From NCBI GenBank assembly GCA_964291215.2, contig OZ219791.1, forward strand, positions 1,984,001 to 2,048,000: a stretch of 64,000 nt of DNA, given 5' to 3'. Position 1 is the first letter of the stretch. Each line of letters starts with the position of its first letter. Below, piece by piece: positions 10,592 through 21,277 of this stretch. This stretch comes from Alphaproteobacteria bacterium. GTDB taxonomy: Bacteria > Pseudomonadota > Alphaproteobacteria > MPNO01 > UBA830. A model generated the notes under the pieces. The model made no database searches, was not told where the DNA came from, and worked only from the letters and a program-made list of their open reading frames with translations. Position numbers and translations under genes: made by a program.

Positions 10592-11452
10592 ATGGGAGTT
10601 ATCACGGATGTCGTTCTGCCACTCGCGCTGGCCTTCATCATGTTCGCGCTGGGCCTCGGCCTGACGTTTGACGATTTTGTGCGCGTCGCGAAACAGCCGC
10701 GGGACTTTCTTGTCGGCGCGGTCTCGCAGCTCATCCTCCTGCCGGTGGTGGCATTCGTTCTGGTCAACATCTGGCCAATGGCGCCGGAGCTTGCCCTCGG
10801 CGTGATGATCATTGCCGCAGCGCCCGGCGGCGTGACCTCGAACGTCCTTACCGCGTTCGCCCGTGGCGATGTCGCGCTCTCGATCTCGCTGACCGCGATC
10901 ATCAGCCTGCTGTGCGTCATCACGGTCCCGCTCATCGTCGTGTTCTGCTACGAGCATCTGGTCGGCGCCGCCGCAACAAAGGATATTTCGGTCACCGCAC
11001 TCGCGGTCAATGTCGTCCTCATAGTCACGGTGCCCGTGCTGCTGGGTCTTCTCGTGCGGCGTTTCGCGGAGGGCTTCGCCATCCGCTTCGAGCGCCAGGC
11101 GCGCAGGATATCCGCCATCCTCTTTGTGCTGGTACTGGCTGGCGCCATCTTCCAGGAGCGCGACAACATCGTGCCGTATTTCGCCCAGGCCGGACTGGTT
11201 ACGCTGGTCCTCAATGTCGTGATGATGGTCCTCGCCTGGTTGATCGCGAGAGCCTGCGCGTCCGGCATCCGCCAGCGCATCGCCATCTCGATCGAATGCG
11301 GCCTGCAGAACGGAACCCTCGCCATCGCCGTCGCCGCCCTTGCCTTCGGCGGCGGCCTCACGGTCGTGCCCGCGGCTACCTACAGCCTGATCATGTTTGC
11401 AACCGCACTGATCCTCATCGGCGCGCTCAGGCGCAGCGTTCCGGTGCCCTGA
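10592..11452 (+). CDS. Bile acid:sodium symporter family transporter
   Basis: Hydrophobic; PGGVTSN, GDVALS, ECGLQNG motifs. Confidence 0.88.
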   Translation: MGVITDVVLPLALAFIMFALGLGLTFDDFVRVAKQPRDFLVGAVSQLILLPVVAFVLVNIWPMAPELALGVMIIAAAPGGVTSNVLTAFARGDVALSISLTAIISLLCVITVPLIVVFCYEHLVGAAATKDISVTALAVNVVLIVTVPVLLGLLVRRFAEGFAIRFERQARRISAILFVLVLAGAIFQERDNIVPYFAQAGLVTLVLNVVMMVLAWLIARACASGIRQRIAISIECGLQNGTLAIAVAALAFGGGLTVVPAATYSLIMFATALILIGALRRSVPVP

Positions 11453-11465
11453 TCGTCGGCGCGGC

Positions 11466-12530
11466 CTAGAGGCTCAGCCGGCCGCCGATCTCCGGCGAGT
11501 CCTCGCGATAGCGGAAGGCGCGAAACACCCAGTTGACCGTCTCGCCCGTGAAGGTGTCGCCAAGATGGGGCGAGATGTACTCCCAGACCAGATCGCCGTC
11601 GCGCGTCACTTCGAAGATTCTCCCCCAGAGCCCTTCGCATATCAGGATGTTGCCGGTCCATAGCGGCTGTTGGCCGCTGATGTGATGGGAATGGAAGTTG
11701 CGCGACGGTGCATCCTTGTACACCCATTTTTCCTCGCCACTCTCCGGGTCCAGTTCGATGATGCGCGAAAACGGGTGCGGTTCATAGGTGCAGTCGCCGT
11801 TCGCGAACAGCAGTATGTTTCCGTTGTCCAGCATCTGCGGGTCGTGCTGGCCACCCCATGAGAAATCCGCATGTTCCCAGCTGAACTCGCCGGTGCCGCG
11901 ATCGATTATCGCGCAGGTGTTGATCGTGCGAAGGCTGATCAGGATGTCGCCGTTCTCGAGCGGGAAGGTCGTGTTGCACCATGCCCAGACCCGGCGGGAC
12001 ATCAGGGGATTTATCTCGTATTTCTCGATGTCCATCTGCCAGGCATGCCATTCGAATACAAGATTGCCGGCGGCATCGGCTTCGCGCACGACATCCGAAT
12101 ACATGCCGTTTTCGGGCGCTGAACCCGGCTGCCCGCCGCGTACGCGCCGGGCATGTTCCTCCGGCATCCTCTCCCATGCCGCATACAACGTGTGCCCGTT
12201 CGAAAGGCGCCAGCAGTCGTGATGCTGGAAGTGGTCGACATATTCGTTGACGATATTGCCGCTCCAGTCGAGCTCTTGCATGAGCCCGCCTTGGGCGCCG
12301 CCCTTGAATTCGGGTCCGGTTTCCGTCTCCGTCGCCACGAACAGGTTGCCGTTGGGAAGAAGCCTGGCATAGCCGCCGGGGCACCCCGCGAGGTCCCATT
12401 CGTGGACCACGTTGCCCTGCATGTCGATGATGAAGGTCTTGGCGTCCCACAACGGCGAAAACAGGGTGAAACCTGGAGTCGCCTGGCTGCTGTCGATGTG
12501 AGTAAGGCCAGTCTGCAGAATACGCATCAT
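11466..12530 (-). CDS. Aryl-sulfate sulfotransferase (ASST)-like beta-propeller protein
   Basis: QHHD, GGQHDPQMLDNGNILLFANG, repeated G-x-LVWE motifs. Confidence 0.75.
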   Translation of the reverse strand: MMRILQTGLTHIDSSQATPGFTLFSPLWDAKTFIIDMQGNVVHEWDLAGCPGGYARLLPNGNLFVATETETGPEFKGGAQGGLMQELDWSGNIVNEYVDHFQHHDCWRLSNGHTLYAAWERMPEEHARRVRGGQPGSAPENGMYSDVVREADAAGNLVFEWHAWQMDIEKYEINPLMSRRVWAWCNTTFPLENGDILISLRTINTCAIIDRGTGEFSWEHADFSWGGQHDPQMLDNGNILLFANGDCTYEPHPFSRIIELDPESGEEKWVYKDAPSRNFHSHHISGQQPLWTGNILICEGLWGRIFEVTRDGDLVWEYISPHLGDTFTGETVNWVFRAFRYREDSPEIGGRLSL

Positions 12531-12689
12531 TTGGGCTCCCGTTGGTGCGGAATTCAGCGTACCACATCGGCCGTTATGCATGCAGGATGCGCGAACCGGA
12601 TCCTGCACTTGACGACGATCGCGGGTCCGAAAGGCGCATCAACGCGACTGGAAGACGGGGAATCCAGATGGCCCGACTTGGCCCTGGAG

Positions 12690-13110
12690 AATTCCGTGAG
12701 ATCTGCAGCCCTTTGGGTTCCGCGCACAGTCGCACGTCACCGGGCCGGCTGTGCAGCAGGGAAGACGACGCACTCGTACGCCGGGCCTTGGTCAGACCGT
12801 CTCGGAGACGGCAATCCGCAGCCCCCTGCCGACCCCGATCGTCCCCGATACGTCAAGGCACGCGTTCGGATCCACGACTGTCCCAACGGCATCCTGGCCG
12901 TGTTCCACGGACCACGATTCCGCGTCCGGTACGGGAGCAATGGAGCCCCGTCGACACTCACACCCGGAAGCTCGCGTCATCCGCTTCGACGCGACCCGAA
13001 CCCGCCCTGTGGGCAGCTCCGCGCCTGACCACTTCCCGATAGGGCCAGCAACCTCGACAGAAAGAGATGGACAATGGTACGAGAACTCGTTGATCGTGCC
13101 GATATCGTGC
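12690..13110 (+). pseudogene. Degraded 3' remnant of an ISNCY-type transposase and element end
   Basis: PADPDRPRYVKARVRIHDCPNGILAVFHGPR resembles the recalled ISNCY C-terminus (YVKARVRVHEYPDG.LAVFHGPR); boundaries approximate. Confidence 0.6.
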
Positions 13111-13543
13111 ATTTCATGTGGGTTCATCCGGCGCGAAAGAAGGGGGATCGCGCCCAAACGAGAGTCTCTCACAAGCTGTTTGACGGCTGTACCAACGGTA
13201 CCTGTCCAGCGCTCGTACCGGCGACGAATGGCAGGCTGCCCCTTTTGGTCGGTCAGGACTACTCGTCGACGGATGCCTCTGGCAATGCAAGGGAGATGCT
13301 TGACGGGTTGGGAGCGTGCGGTCAGGTGCTGTCATCTATTCGGCTTCATCGATGGCGGCAGCTCGTTTGCTGCGGGCCTGTGTGGCGAAACGCGGATCGG
13401 GTCTAAGTCGCTTGCCGTCGCCACCGGTCGAAGGTGCATTGTGTCCTCGAGGTAAGTACCGAGTACCCGTTCCCAAGGCGCCTGCGAGAATGAGCTTTGT
13501 GATATCTTTGCGAAGACTTCACGAAGCAGCAGGGAGGCCACAG

Positions 13544-14335
13544 GTGGACGGATCAACAGAAGTGCGCAGCGCCTTTGCGACGGATGTACGCGATCGCGTG
13601 GTGATCGTTACAGGAGGTGGACAGGGTATCGGCCGCGTCTATGTACGTGAGTTCGCGAATTCCGGCGCACGCGTCATCGTTGCCGACATTGATGCCGCCA
13701 ACGCGGAGGCTGCTGCAAGCGAAATAGTCTCCGATGGCGGTCAGGCGCATGCCGTCCGGGTGGATGTCGGTGATGCCGGATCGGTGGAGGCGATGGCCGC
13801 GGCTGCGCGGAAAGCGTTCGGGCGGATCGATGTCCTGATCAACAATGCCGCGATCTTCTCCCAGCTCGACCGGCGCGGTTTCGAGGACATTCCTCTTGAG
13901 GAATGGAATCAGGTTCTGCACGTCAACATCACCGGCTCGATGATGTGCGCGCGTGCCGTGCTGCCGACCCTGCGCGCTGCCGGTTGGGGCCGCATCATCA
14001 ACATTTCCTCCTCCACGGTGCCGCTGGGGCTTCCGGGCTTCATGCACTACGTGACCTCGAAGGCTGCCGTGATCGGCATGACCCGGGCGATGGCGCGCGA
14101 GCTTGGTGCCGACGGCATCACGGTCAATGCGATCATGCCGGGACTGATCGAGACCGAGGTGGAAAATCGGGGAAGGACCGATGCTGTGCGCGAACGGGTC
14201 CTCGGCATGCAGTGCGTCGATTTCCTTGGCCGTCCGAACGACCTGGTCGGGATGCTCCTTTTCCTCGCCTCACCCGCCAGCGGCTATATGACCGGGCAGT
14301 CCGTCGCTGTCGACGGCGGTTGCGTGCATCTGTAG
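13544..14335 (+). CDS. SDR family oxidoreductase
   Basis: TGGGQGIG, NNAA, YVTSK; GTG start after GGGAGG (start uncertain). Confidence 0.88.
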   Translation: MDGSTEVRSAFATDVRDRVVIVTGGGQGIGRVYVREFANSGARVIVADIDAANAEAAASEIVSDGGQAHAVRVDVGDAGSVEAMAAAARKAFGRIDVLINNAAIFSQLDRRGFEDIPLEEWNQVLHVNITGSMMCARAVLPTLRAAGWGRIINISSSTVPLGLPGFMHYVTSKAAVIGMTRAMARELGADGITVNAIMPGLIETEVENRGRTDAVRERVLGMQCVDFLGRPNDLVGMLLFLASPASGYMTGQSVAVDGGCVHL

Positions 14336-14345
14336 GGAGGACGTC

Positions 14346-15380
14346 ATGGCCGGCGGGGATGAACTCTTTGTCAGGAACACATGGTATGTCTGCGCTTGGG
14401 GCGACGAGGTCGGCGCCCGACCGCTTCAGCGCTGGATATGCGGCGAGCCCATCGTGCTCTGGCGACGCTCCGACAACAGGGTGGCGGCGTTGGCGGACCG
14501 CTGTCCTCACCGTGACGCGCCGCTATCGCTGGGTAGCGTTGTGGGTGATGATCTCCAGTGCGGGTATCATGGTCTGCGCTTCGACGCCGCCGGCGTCTGC
14601 GTGCGAGTGCCGGGCGGAGAAAGTGTTCCGTCGGGGGCCTGTACCCGTGCCTACCCCGTCGTCGAACGCTGGGGGTGGGTCTTCGTCTGGCCCGGCAGAG
14701 CTGAACTTGCGGATCCGGTGATGATTCCCGACTACCACTGGAAGGACGATCCGGCTTGGACCGGCAAGGGTGAGACCCTGCCGGTGAAGGCCGGCTACGG
14801 TCTTCTGAGGGACAACCTGCTTGATCTCTCCCATGCCCATTTCGTTCATCGCCAGACGCTTGCCACCGACGGGGTGATCGAGTTCCCGATCGTGACCGAA
14901 GTCCATGACGACCGGCTGACCGTTCTTCGCGACATGCACGATATCGCCCCGTCGCCGTTTTTCAGGCGGATAGGCGGTTTCATCGGCAATGTCGACCACC
15001 GTCAGGAGATTGTGTTCACGCCGCCCGGAAATATCGTCATCAAGCTCCGGGTGGCCGACGTGAAACCGGCGAATCATGTCGTCGAGATGCGGGTTCTCAA
15101 CGCCCTGACGCCGGAAACCGAGAACACGAGCCTGTATTTCTGGTCGCTGGTGCGCAACACGAACCTTGACGACAGCCAGCTCACCGACTGGATGTTCGAG
15201 GCGAACCGCAGCACCTTCGACGAAGATGTCGCGGTCATCGAACCGCAGCAGGCGATGCTGGAGCGGGCCTCGGCGCCGGCGCGCCCGATCCGATGGAGCG
15301 TCGACAAGGGCGTGACCCAGGCGCAGCGTTGGGTTCAGCGCCTGATCGCGGAGGAGGCCCAAGACGCTGGCTCGGTATAG
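14346..15380 (+). CDS. Rieske non-heme iron oxygenase alpha subunit (VanA-like)
   Basis: CPHR...CGYHG Rieske motif; DNLLDLSHAHFVH iron site. Confidence 0.9.
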   Translation: MAGGDELFVRNTWYVCAWGDEVGARPLQRWICGEPIVLWRRSDNRVAALADRCPHRDAPLSLGSVVGDDLQCGYHGLRFDAAGVCVRVPGGESVPSGACTRAYPVVERWGWVFVWPGRAELADPVMIPDYHWKDDPAWTGKGETLPVKAGYGLLRDNLLDLSHAHFVHRQTLATDGVIEFPIVTEVHDDRLTVLRDMHDIAPSPFFRRIGGFIGNVDHRQEIVFTPPGNIVIKLRVADVKPANHVVEMRVLNALTPETENTSLYFWSLVRNTNLDDSQLTDWMFEANRSTFDEDVAVIEPQQAMLERASAPARPIRWSVDKGVTQAQRWVQRLIAEEAQDAGSV

Positions 15381-15488
15381 GCTGCGAGCCCCGACCCTGC
15401 GGTCTTGACTGCAGCGGACGTTTGGATTACGCTTCGTCGGTAAGTCCAGTGAGACCGGTCGACGGGCCGGTGCCGACGGAGGCGGAAT

Positions 15489-15614
15489 ATGAAGATTGTC
15501 AACTCGCTCAAGTCCGCCAAGAAGCGGGACAGGTTCTGCCGGATTGTCCGTCGGCGTGGCCGGGTCTATGTGATCAACAAGCGCAACCCCCGTTTCAAGG
15601 CGCGTCAGGGCTGA
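15489..15614 (+). CDS. rpmJ: 50S ribosomal protein L36, type B
   Basis: Manual translation [41 protein letters not shown] (41 aa, below ORF-track cutoff); RBS GGAGG. Confidence 0.95.
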   Translation: MKIVNSLKSAKKRDRFCRIVRRRGRVYVINKRNPRFKARQG

Positions 15615-15765
15615 AGAACGAACCGGTACCGTCGTCTTGCCGGAAGCAGATACGTTCAGACTCTTTCGGTACGTTTCCTGCGCCCCCGGAATTACCCGTA
15701 CCTGAGATGTGCCGGTCCGGCCGGAACCCTTGAGGCCGGCCGGGGTGATCGCAGCCGGAGGTACC

Positions 15766-17010
15766 ATGGCGCGGCCGGAATGCTTGGAATGCATACGATG
15801 CCGACAGGAATATCCGCTCGATGCCCTTGACCGGCAGTGCGGCCGATGCGTGGCTGACGGCGTTGCAAGCAATCTGACGCCTTGCTACCGCGCGACGGGT
15901 ACACCTCGTCGCGACGAGCCGGGCGCCATGTCCGATTCTCTCTGGCGCTACGCCGCGCATCTGCCGCAGGCCGCCGACCAACCTGTCACCCTGGGTGAAG
16001 GGATGACCCCGATGGTCGTGGTGGAAGGCTTTGGCCATGGTCCGATCCGGGTCAAGGACGAATCGCGGAATCCGACATGGTCGTTCAAGGATCGGCTAGC
16101 AACGGTGGCTGTCTCGTGGGCACGCGGCACCGGCGCCCGGATGATCGCCACGAGTTCGACGGGCAATGCCGGGGCCGCCGCCGCCGCCTATGCTGCCCGG
16201 GCGGGCCTGCCCTGCGTGGTGTTGACGTCGAAGGGGGGCGCACCGGCGATGGTGTCCCAGATGCGGGCCTACGGCGCCATGGTCGTCGCCGTTCCGGCGA
16301 TGGACGATCGATGGCGGGTGCTCTCACAGGCGGTCCGCGAGTTGGGCTGGTTTCCGACGTCTCCGTTTTTCGGGCCGGCCATTGGTAGCAATCCCATCGG
16401 GGTCGAAGGCTACAAGACGCTTGCCTATGAGATTGTCGAACAATCCGGCTGGCAGGCGCCGGGCTGGTGCGTGCTGCCGGTCTGTTACGGCGACGCGCTT
16501 TACGGGATGTGGAAGGGGTTCGAGGAGATGCGGCGCTGGGGCTGGATCGAGACCTGTCCGCGGCTGGTCGCGGCGGAAGTGTCCGGTTCGCTCTCTGCTG
16601 CGGCCGACAACGGTGTGGACATGCCGCCGGCGATGCTGCGCAACAGCGCGAGCGTAGCTGCCTCGATTGACACGAATCGGGGAACCTACCAGGCGCGGCA
16701 TGCCTTGAAGGAGTCCGGCGGGGTTGCCGTGGCGCTTGACGATGGGGCGCTGATCGATGCGCGGGACCGGCTGGCGGCCGGGTCCGGGCTGTTGGCAGAA
16801 GTATCCTCGGCGGCTGCATTCGCCGCGGTCGACGCGCTCGGCGCGAGCGGCACCATCCTGCCGGGCGACGATGTCGTTGCGGTACTGACCTCCGCGGGCA
16901 TCAAGGATTTCGGCGCATCCGGTATTCCGCAGCCGACCGCGCCCGAGGCGCTGCCGGACCTCGAATCGGTCCTGCGGGTCCTTGATGACGCCTATGGCTG
17001 TCGTGGCTGA
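15766..17010 (+). CDS. Threonine synthase-like PLP-dependent enzyme
   Basis: N-terminal Cys pairs, TLGEGMTP, NPTWSFKDR, SSTGNAG. Confidence 0.85.
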   Translation: MARPECLECIRCRQEYPLDALDRQCGRCVADGVASNLTPCYRATGTPRRDEPGAMSDSLWRYAAHLPQAADQPVTLGEGMTPMVVVEGFGHGPIRVKDESRNPTWSFKDRLATVAVSWARGTGARMIATSSTGNAGAAAAAYAARAGLPCVVLTSKGGAPAMVSQMRAYGAMVVAVPAMDDRWRVLSQAVRELGWFPTSPFFGPAIGSNPIGVEGYKTLAYEIVEQSGWQAPGWCVLPVCYGDALYGMWKGFEEMRRWGWIETCPRLVAAEVSGSLSAAADNGVDMPPAMLRNSASVAASIDTNRGTYQARHALKESGGVAVALDDGALIDARDRLAAGSGLLAEVSSAAAFAAVDALGASGTILPGDDVVAVLTSAGIKDFGASGIPQPTAPEALPDLESVLRVLDDAYGCRG

Positions 17011-17968
17011 CCTCAGCATCTCCATCGACGGCTTCTCGCCTGCCTGCGACATTGCGGCGCAGGCGCAGGCCGCGGAAGCCGGCGGCGCGAAGACGCTCTG
17101 GATAGCTACCCATCTCTTCCTGCGTGATCCCGTCGCGCTGGCGGCGACAGCGTTGGCTGCCACGCGGAGCCTCAGGGTCGCGCTGATGGCAGTCAGCCCC
17201 TACGCGATGCATCCCGTTCATGCGGCGATGGCGGCGGCAACGCTCGACGAACTTCATCCGGGACGCGTCATTCTGTCGTTTGGCGCCGGCGCCCCGGCGG
17301 ATATGGCAGCGGCCGGAATCGATCGCCCGCGGCCGCTCGCCACGCTGTGCGAAGCGATTGCAATCTGCCGGGCGCTGTTCGGCGGCGGGTCTGCCGACCT
17401 GAACGGGGAAGTGTTTCGGGTTGCAGGAAGGCGGCTTGCCGGCGCGCCTTGCGCGGTGCCCATCATGCTTGCCGCGTCGGGCCCGAAAATGCTGGAACTG
17501 GCCGGCTCCCATTCGGATGGCGTCGTCATCTCCGGCGCGACATCTGCCCCGTTCGTGCGCGGGTGCCTTGATGTCGCGGAGCGTGGCAAGGGGGCGCGGC
17601 CGATCCGGCGGTGCGGTATAGTCTACGCGCAAATCGGCGGCGATGCGGGTGCTGTCGGCAACACGATACGGAGGACCCTGGGGTTTATCTTGCGCGGAGA
17701 ACACCATCGCATGAATGTGCACATGGGCGGCGCAGTCCTTGACCAGTCATCTCTTCGCGAAGCGTATGCGGCCGAGAACTGGGCGCGTGTCGACCGGCTG
17801 ATCAATGATGACGTCGTCGCCTCGCACGCCGCTTGCGGCGATGTGGACCATGTTCGGGCTCGGCTGGAAGCCTATGCCGATGCCGGGCTCGACGAGATCA
17901 TTCTCAACGGAATCGCCGAACCTGAAGCCATTCTTGCGACGCTCAGCGCGGTTGGAACACCTGAATAG
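16994..17968 (+). CDS. LLM-class flavin-dependent oxidoreductase
   Basis: HP..AAMAAATLDELHPGR, AASGPKMLELAG. Confidence 0.85.
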   Translation: MAVVADLSISIDGFSPACDIAAQAQAAEAGGAKTLWIATHLFLRDPVALAATALAATRSLRVALMAVSPYAMHPVHAAMAAATLDELHPGRVILSFGAGAPADMAAAGIDRPRPLATLCEAIAICRALFGGGSADLNGEVFRVAGRRLAGAPCAVPIMLAASGPKMLELAGSHSDGVVISGATSAPFVRGCLDVAERGKGARPIRRCGIVYAQIGGDAGAVGNTIRRTLGFILRGEHHRMNVHMGGAVLDQSSLREAYAAENWARVDRLINDDVVASHAACGDVDHVRARLEAYADAGLDEIILNGIAEPEAILATLSAVGTPE

Positions 17969-17980
17969 AGGGAGGAAGTC

Positions 17981-18277
17981 ATGGCAAAGGGGTATTGGGT
18001 AAGCTGCTACAGGTCGATCAGGAATACGGAGGCGCTGGCCGCGTACGCCGAGTTGGCGGGACCGGCGATCACTGCTGCGGGTGGACGGTTTCTGGCGCGC
18101 GGCGGCAGGGTCGAGGCCCACGAGGCCGGGGTGGCGGAACGGACCGTCATCGTCGAGTTCGACAGCTTCGATACGGCTGTCGCGACCTACGAGAGCGACG
18201 CGTACAAGGCAGCGCTCGCAGTTCTCGGTGATGCTGTCGAACGCGACCTCAGGATCGTGGAGGGATTCGACGGCTGA
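17981..18277 (+). CDS. DUF1330 domain protein
   Basis: MAKGYW, GGRFLARGG, VIVEFDS, Y.S.AY pattern; RBS GGAGGA. Confidence 0.85.
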   Translation: MAKGYWVSCYRSIRNTEALAAYAELAGPAITAAGGRFLARGGRVEAHEAGVAERTVIVEFDSFDTAVATYESDAYKAALAVLGDAVERDLRIVEGFDG

Positions 18278-18509
18278 GGAGCCTCTAACAGGGCCGCTAT
18301 CAGGGCTGGCGACGATGTCCCGATGCTGGCTTCAAGTCCTGTTTCGGGAAAATCGGTGTGTCCTGTCTCATGGATAACAATATCCTTCACGAGCCTGCCG
18401 ACCATGTTCCCGAAAACGACATCGCGCCGGAGATTGCGAAAAAGCCCGACGAAATTGCAGGGTGACCGAAAGCGTGGAGCCTAGTCCGAGGCATGACACC
18501 CGGTTTCGG

Positions 18510-19517
18510 TCAATCGAGCCGGGGCACGACCTCCTCGGCAAAGATCTGCATCTGGTCGAGGAGCTCATCGACATCGTTTGCCGCGAAATAGAGGCCGAGC
18601 AGATGGGTGACGCCCGCCTCGCCCAGCAGATTTGCCCGGTCGACCACGTCATTGACGGTGCCGATCAGGTTGATGTCCTCGTGACCGAGCGCGCCCTGTT
18701 CCCTGAGGGTTGACCGCCGCAGGGATGTCAGGTGTGCGCACATCTGGGTCCGGTTGAAGCGCTCGAGGGCCTCGCTTCGGGTCCGGCCGATATGGACTAT
18801 GTACTGGGGGGCGATGTCGATCTTGCCGAAGTCGCGCCCCTCGGATTCGGCGAGTTCACGCAAATTCGCGATGTCGTTGCGCATCTGGTCGAGATGGACT
18901 GCCGCCGGAAGCCAGCCGTCGCCCCATCTTGCCGTCCGCCGCAGATTGTTGGAGTTGTTGCCGCCAATATAGAAGGGTACGTGGTCCTGTTTCGGCTTTG
19001 GATACAGCTCGACGTCGCGGTAGGAGAAATACTCTCCTTCGAACGAGGCCACCCGCTGGGTCAGCAGCGCCTGCAGCGCCGGGATGCCCTCGTCGACGAT
19101 TCTGCCGCGCCGCAGGTCCACGCCGGGCTGCAGAGCCAGGAACTCCTCCCGATAGGCGCCAATTCCGACGCCGATTTCGAGCCTGCCGCCGGAAAAGTGA
19201 TCCAGCGTCGCCAACTGCTTGGCCGTGACGACGATGTCGCGCCGCATGGGAAGAACCAGGATGCCCGTGCCGAAACGGAGCGTTGTCGTTTCGGCGGCGA
19301 CGAAGGCGTAAGTTATCAGCGGCTCCCAGAAGCGCGGTGGCGTATCGAACTCCGCGCGGACATAGTGCTGGGTCGTCATGTGATCGTTGCCCCACACCGA
19401 ATGATAGCCAAGCGCCTCGGCGTGGCGCGCGATGCGGATCACGGTCTCGGGATCCGAGAACGGTATCGGATAGGTCAGGCCTTCCATACCGGTCGGCAGT
19501 CCTGCGCTGACACGCAT
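18510..19517 (-). CDS. LLM-class (possibly F420-dependent) oxidoreductase
   Basis: SVWGNDH, AKQLATLDHFSGGRLEIGVG, GDGWLP. Confidence 0.85.
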   Translation of the reverse strand: MRVSAGLPTGMEGLTYPIPFSDPETVIRIARHAEALGYHSVWGNDHMTTQHYVRAEFDTPPRFWEPLITYAFVAAETTTLRFGTGILVLPMRRDIVVTAKQLATLDHFSGGRLEIGVGIGAYREEFLALQPGVDLRRGRIVDEGIPALQALLTQRVASFEGEYFSYRDVELYPKPKQDHVPFYIGGNNSNNLRRTARWGDGWLPAAVHLDQMRNDIANLRELAESEGRDFGKIDIAPQYIVHIGRTRSEALERFNRTQMCAHLTSLRRSTLREQGALGHEDINLIGTVNDVVDRANLLGEAGVTHLLGLYFAANDVDELLDQMQIFAEEVVPRLD

Positions 19518-19540
19518 GCAACGTCTCCCTGGCGAACGGA

Positions 19541-21277
19541 CTACGCGTTTCGAAGGTTTGCCGTCGCGGTCTCGTCCACGCCGCCGTCGGCGGCGATTGC
19601 GACACCGTAACGGCTGCGGGCAACTTGCCTTGACACCAGACCGGCGCGGACATCGGCGGCAACGGCGTTTGCGTCTCGCGCCATGGCGTCGCCGAGTCCG
19701 CCGCCGCCCGGCATTTCGATCACGACCCGTTCGCCGCTCGGGATGGTCTGCGTCCCCTTGCCGTCGAGTGCGGCTCCCGACGAGAGCCGAACGCCTCCGC
19801 CGCCGCCGTCACAGCCGCCGTCACGGCCACGCGGCGGATGGTCGATGCGGTCGAACAGGGCGCTGAAGGCGAATGGCGCGTCTTCCAGAAGGCCGAGCTC
19901 CATCACCTGGCCGAGACCGCCCCGATAGGTCCCCGGACCACCCGAATCCGGCCGGTACTCCTTGCGCCAGATGATCAGCGGCGAGATTGCCTCGGTGACT
20001 TCGACCGGTACGTTGCGAACTCCGCTCGGGAAGGCCGTGGCAGACAGCCCGTCCTTGCCCGGTCGCGCCCCGGTACCGCCCGAATGGAAGCTCAGGACCG
20101 TGAAGTTCCGGCTGCCGGCGAGCGCACGCGGGTCGGCATCGACCCTGCCTGGGCCGCCATAGGCATAGAGATTCCACAGGCAGGACGTGCCCTCGGCCGG
20201 GACCGCGTTGTCGAGTGCCTGATCAAGGCAGCCGAATACGACATCAGGCAGCATTTGGCCGGTCACGTGGCGCACGGCGACCGGCGCGGGATGTTCGGCG
20301 GCGAGAATGCAACCGGCCGGTGCGGTGATCCGGATCGTCCCGAGCGAGCCGGCATTGTTCGGCACGTCGGGAGCGACGATGCATTTCACGCCGAAGGTCG
20401 CGTAGGCTTCGGTGTAGCAAAGGGGCACGTTTATCCCGCGCGACGAGAGTCCCGAGGTTCCGGTGAAGTCGACATCGATCCCGTCTTCGCCGATCGTCAT
20501 TTCGGCGACCAGATCGACAGGTTCTTCCAGACCATCGATGCGCATCCTGTTCCGGAATTTGCCGGACGGGATCCTGCGGATCGCCTCCAGGGCCGCGGCC
20601 TTCGACCGTTCGAGAATATGGCGGCCGAGACGGTCGAGATCGCCGATCGTGAACTCGTCCATCATCTCGACGAGTCGCCGGCAGGCGGTCTCGTTGCAGG
20701 CTGCGAGCGAATGCAGATCGCCGATCACCTGCACCGGTTCCCGCACGTTGGCGGTAATGATGTCGATCACTGCCTGATCGACCTGGCCGGCATGTGCAAA
20801 TCGCATCAGCGGAATGTACAGCCCTTCCTCGTAGATCGTCGTGCCGTCGGCGGTCATGCCGCGCCCGCCGATATCGACCACATGACAGGTGCTGGCGAAC
20901 AGCGCAACCGGCCGTCCGGCGCGAAAGCAGGGCGTCAGGAACGTGAAATCGTGCAGATGGCCAGTGCCCTTCCAAGGGTCGTTGGTCAGGAAGATATCCC
21001 CTTCGGTCATTTCCGGGATCGGGAAGCGGTCTATGAAGTGGCGCACCGACCGCGCCATCGAGTTGACATGTCCGGGCGTGCCGGTTACGGCTTGGGCCAG
21101 CATGTTGCCGGAAACATCGAAGACGCCAGCCGACAGGTCGCCCGCTTCGCGTGTCGATGTGGAGAACCCGGTTCGGACCAGTGTCTGCGCCTGCTCCTCG
21201 ACGACTGCGACCAGTCGATCCCACATGATCTGGAGATGGATCGAGTCCAACGGATCATTGCGGCCGGCGCTCATCAT
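19541..21277 (-). CDS. Hydantoinase B/oxoprolinase family protein
   Basis: FSTSTREAGDLSAG, TNDPWKGTGHLHD, SGGPGTYRGGLG. Confidence 0.92.
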   Translation of the reverse strand: MMSAGRNDPLDSIHLQIMWDRLVAVVEEQAQTLVRTGFSTSTREAGDLSAGVFDVSGNMLAQAVTGTPGHVNSMARSVRHFIDRFPIPEMTEGDIFLTNDPWKGTGHLHDFTFLTPCFRAGRPVALFASTCHVVDIGGRGMTADGTTIYEEGLYIPLMRFAHAGQVDQAVIDIITANVREPVQVIGDLHSLAACNETACRRLVEMMDEFTIGDLDRLGRHILERSKAAALEAIRRIPSGKFRNRMRIDGLEEPVDLVAEMTIGEDGIDVDFTGTSGLSSRGINVPLCYTEAYATFGVKCIVAPDVPNNAGSLGTIRITAPAGCILAAEHPAPVAVRHVTGQMLPDVVFGCLDQALDNAVPAEGTSCLWNLYAYGGPGRVDADPRALAGSRNFTVLSFHSGGTGARPGKDGLSATAFPSGVRNVPVEVTEAISPLIIWRKEYRPDSGGPGTYRGGLGQVMELGLLEDAPFAFSALFDRIDHPPRGRDGGCDGGGGGVRLSSGAALDGKGTQTIPSGERVVIEMPGGGGLGDAMARDANAVAADVRAGLVSRQVARSRYGVAIAADGGVDETATANLRNA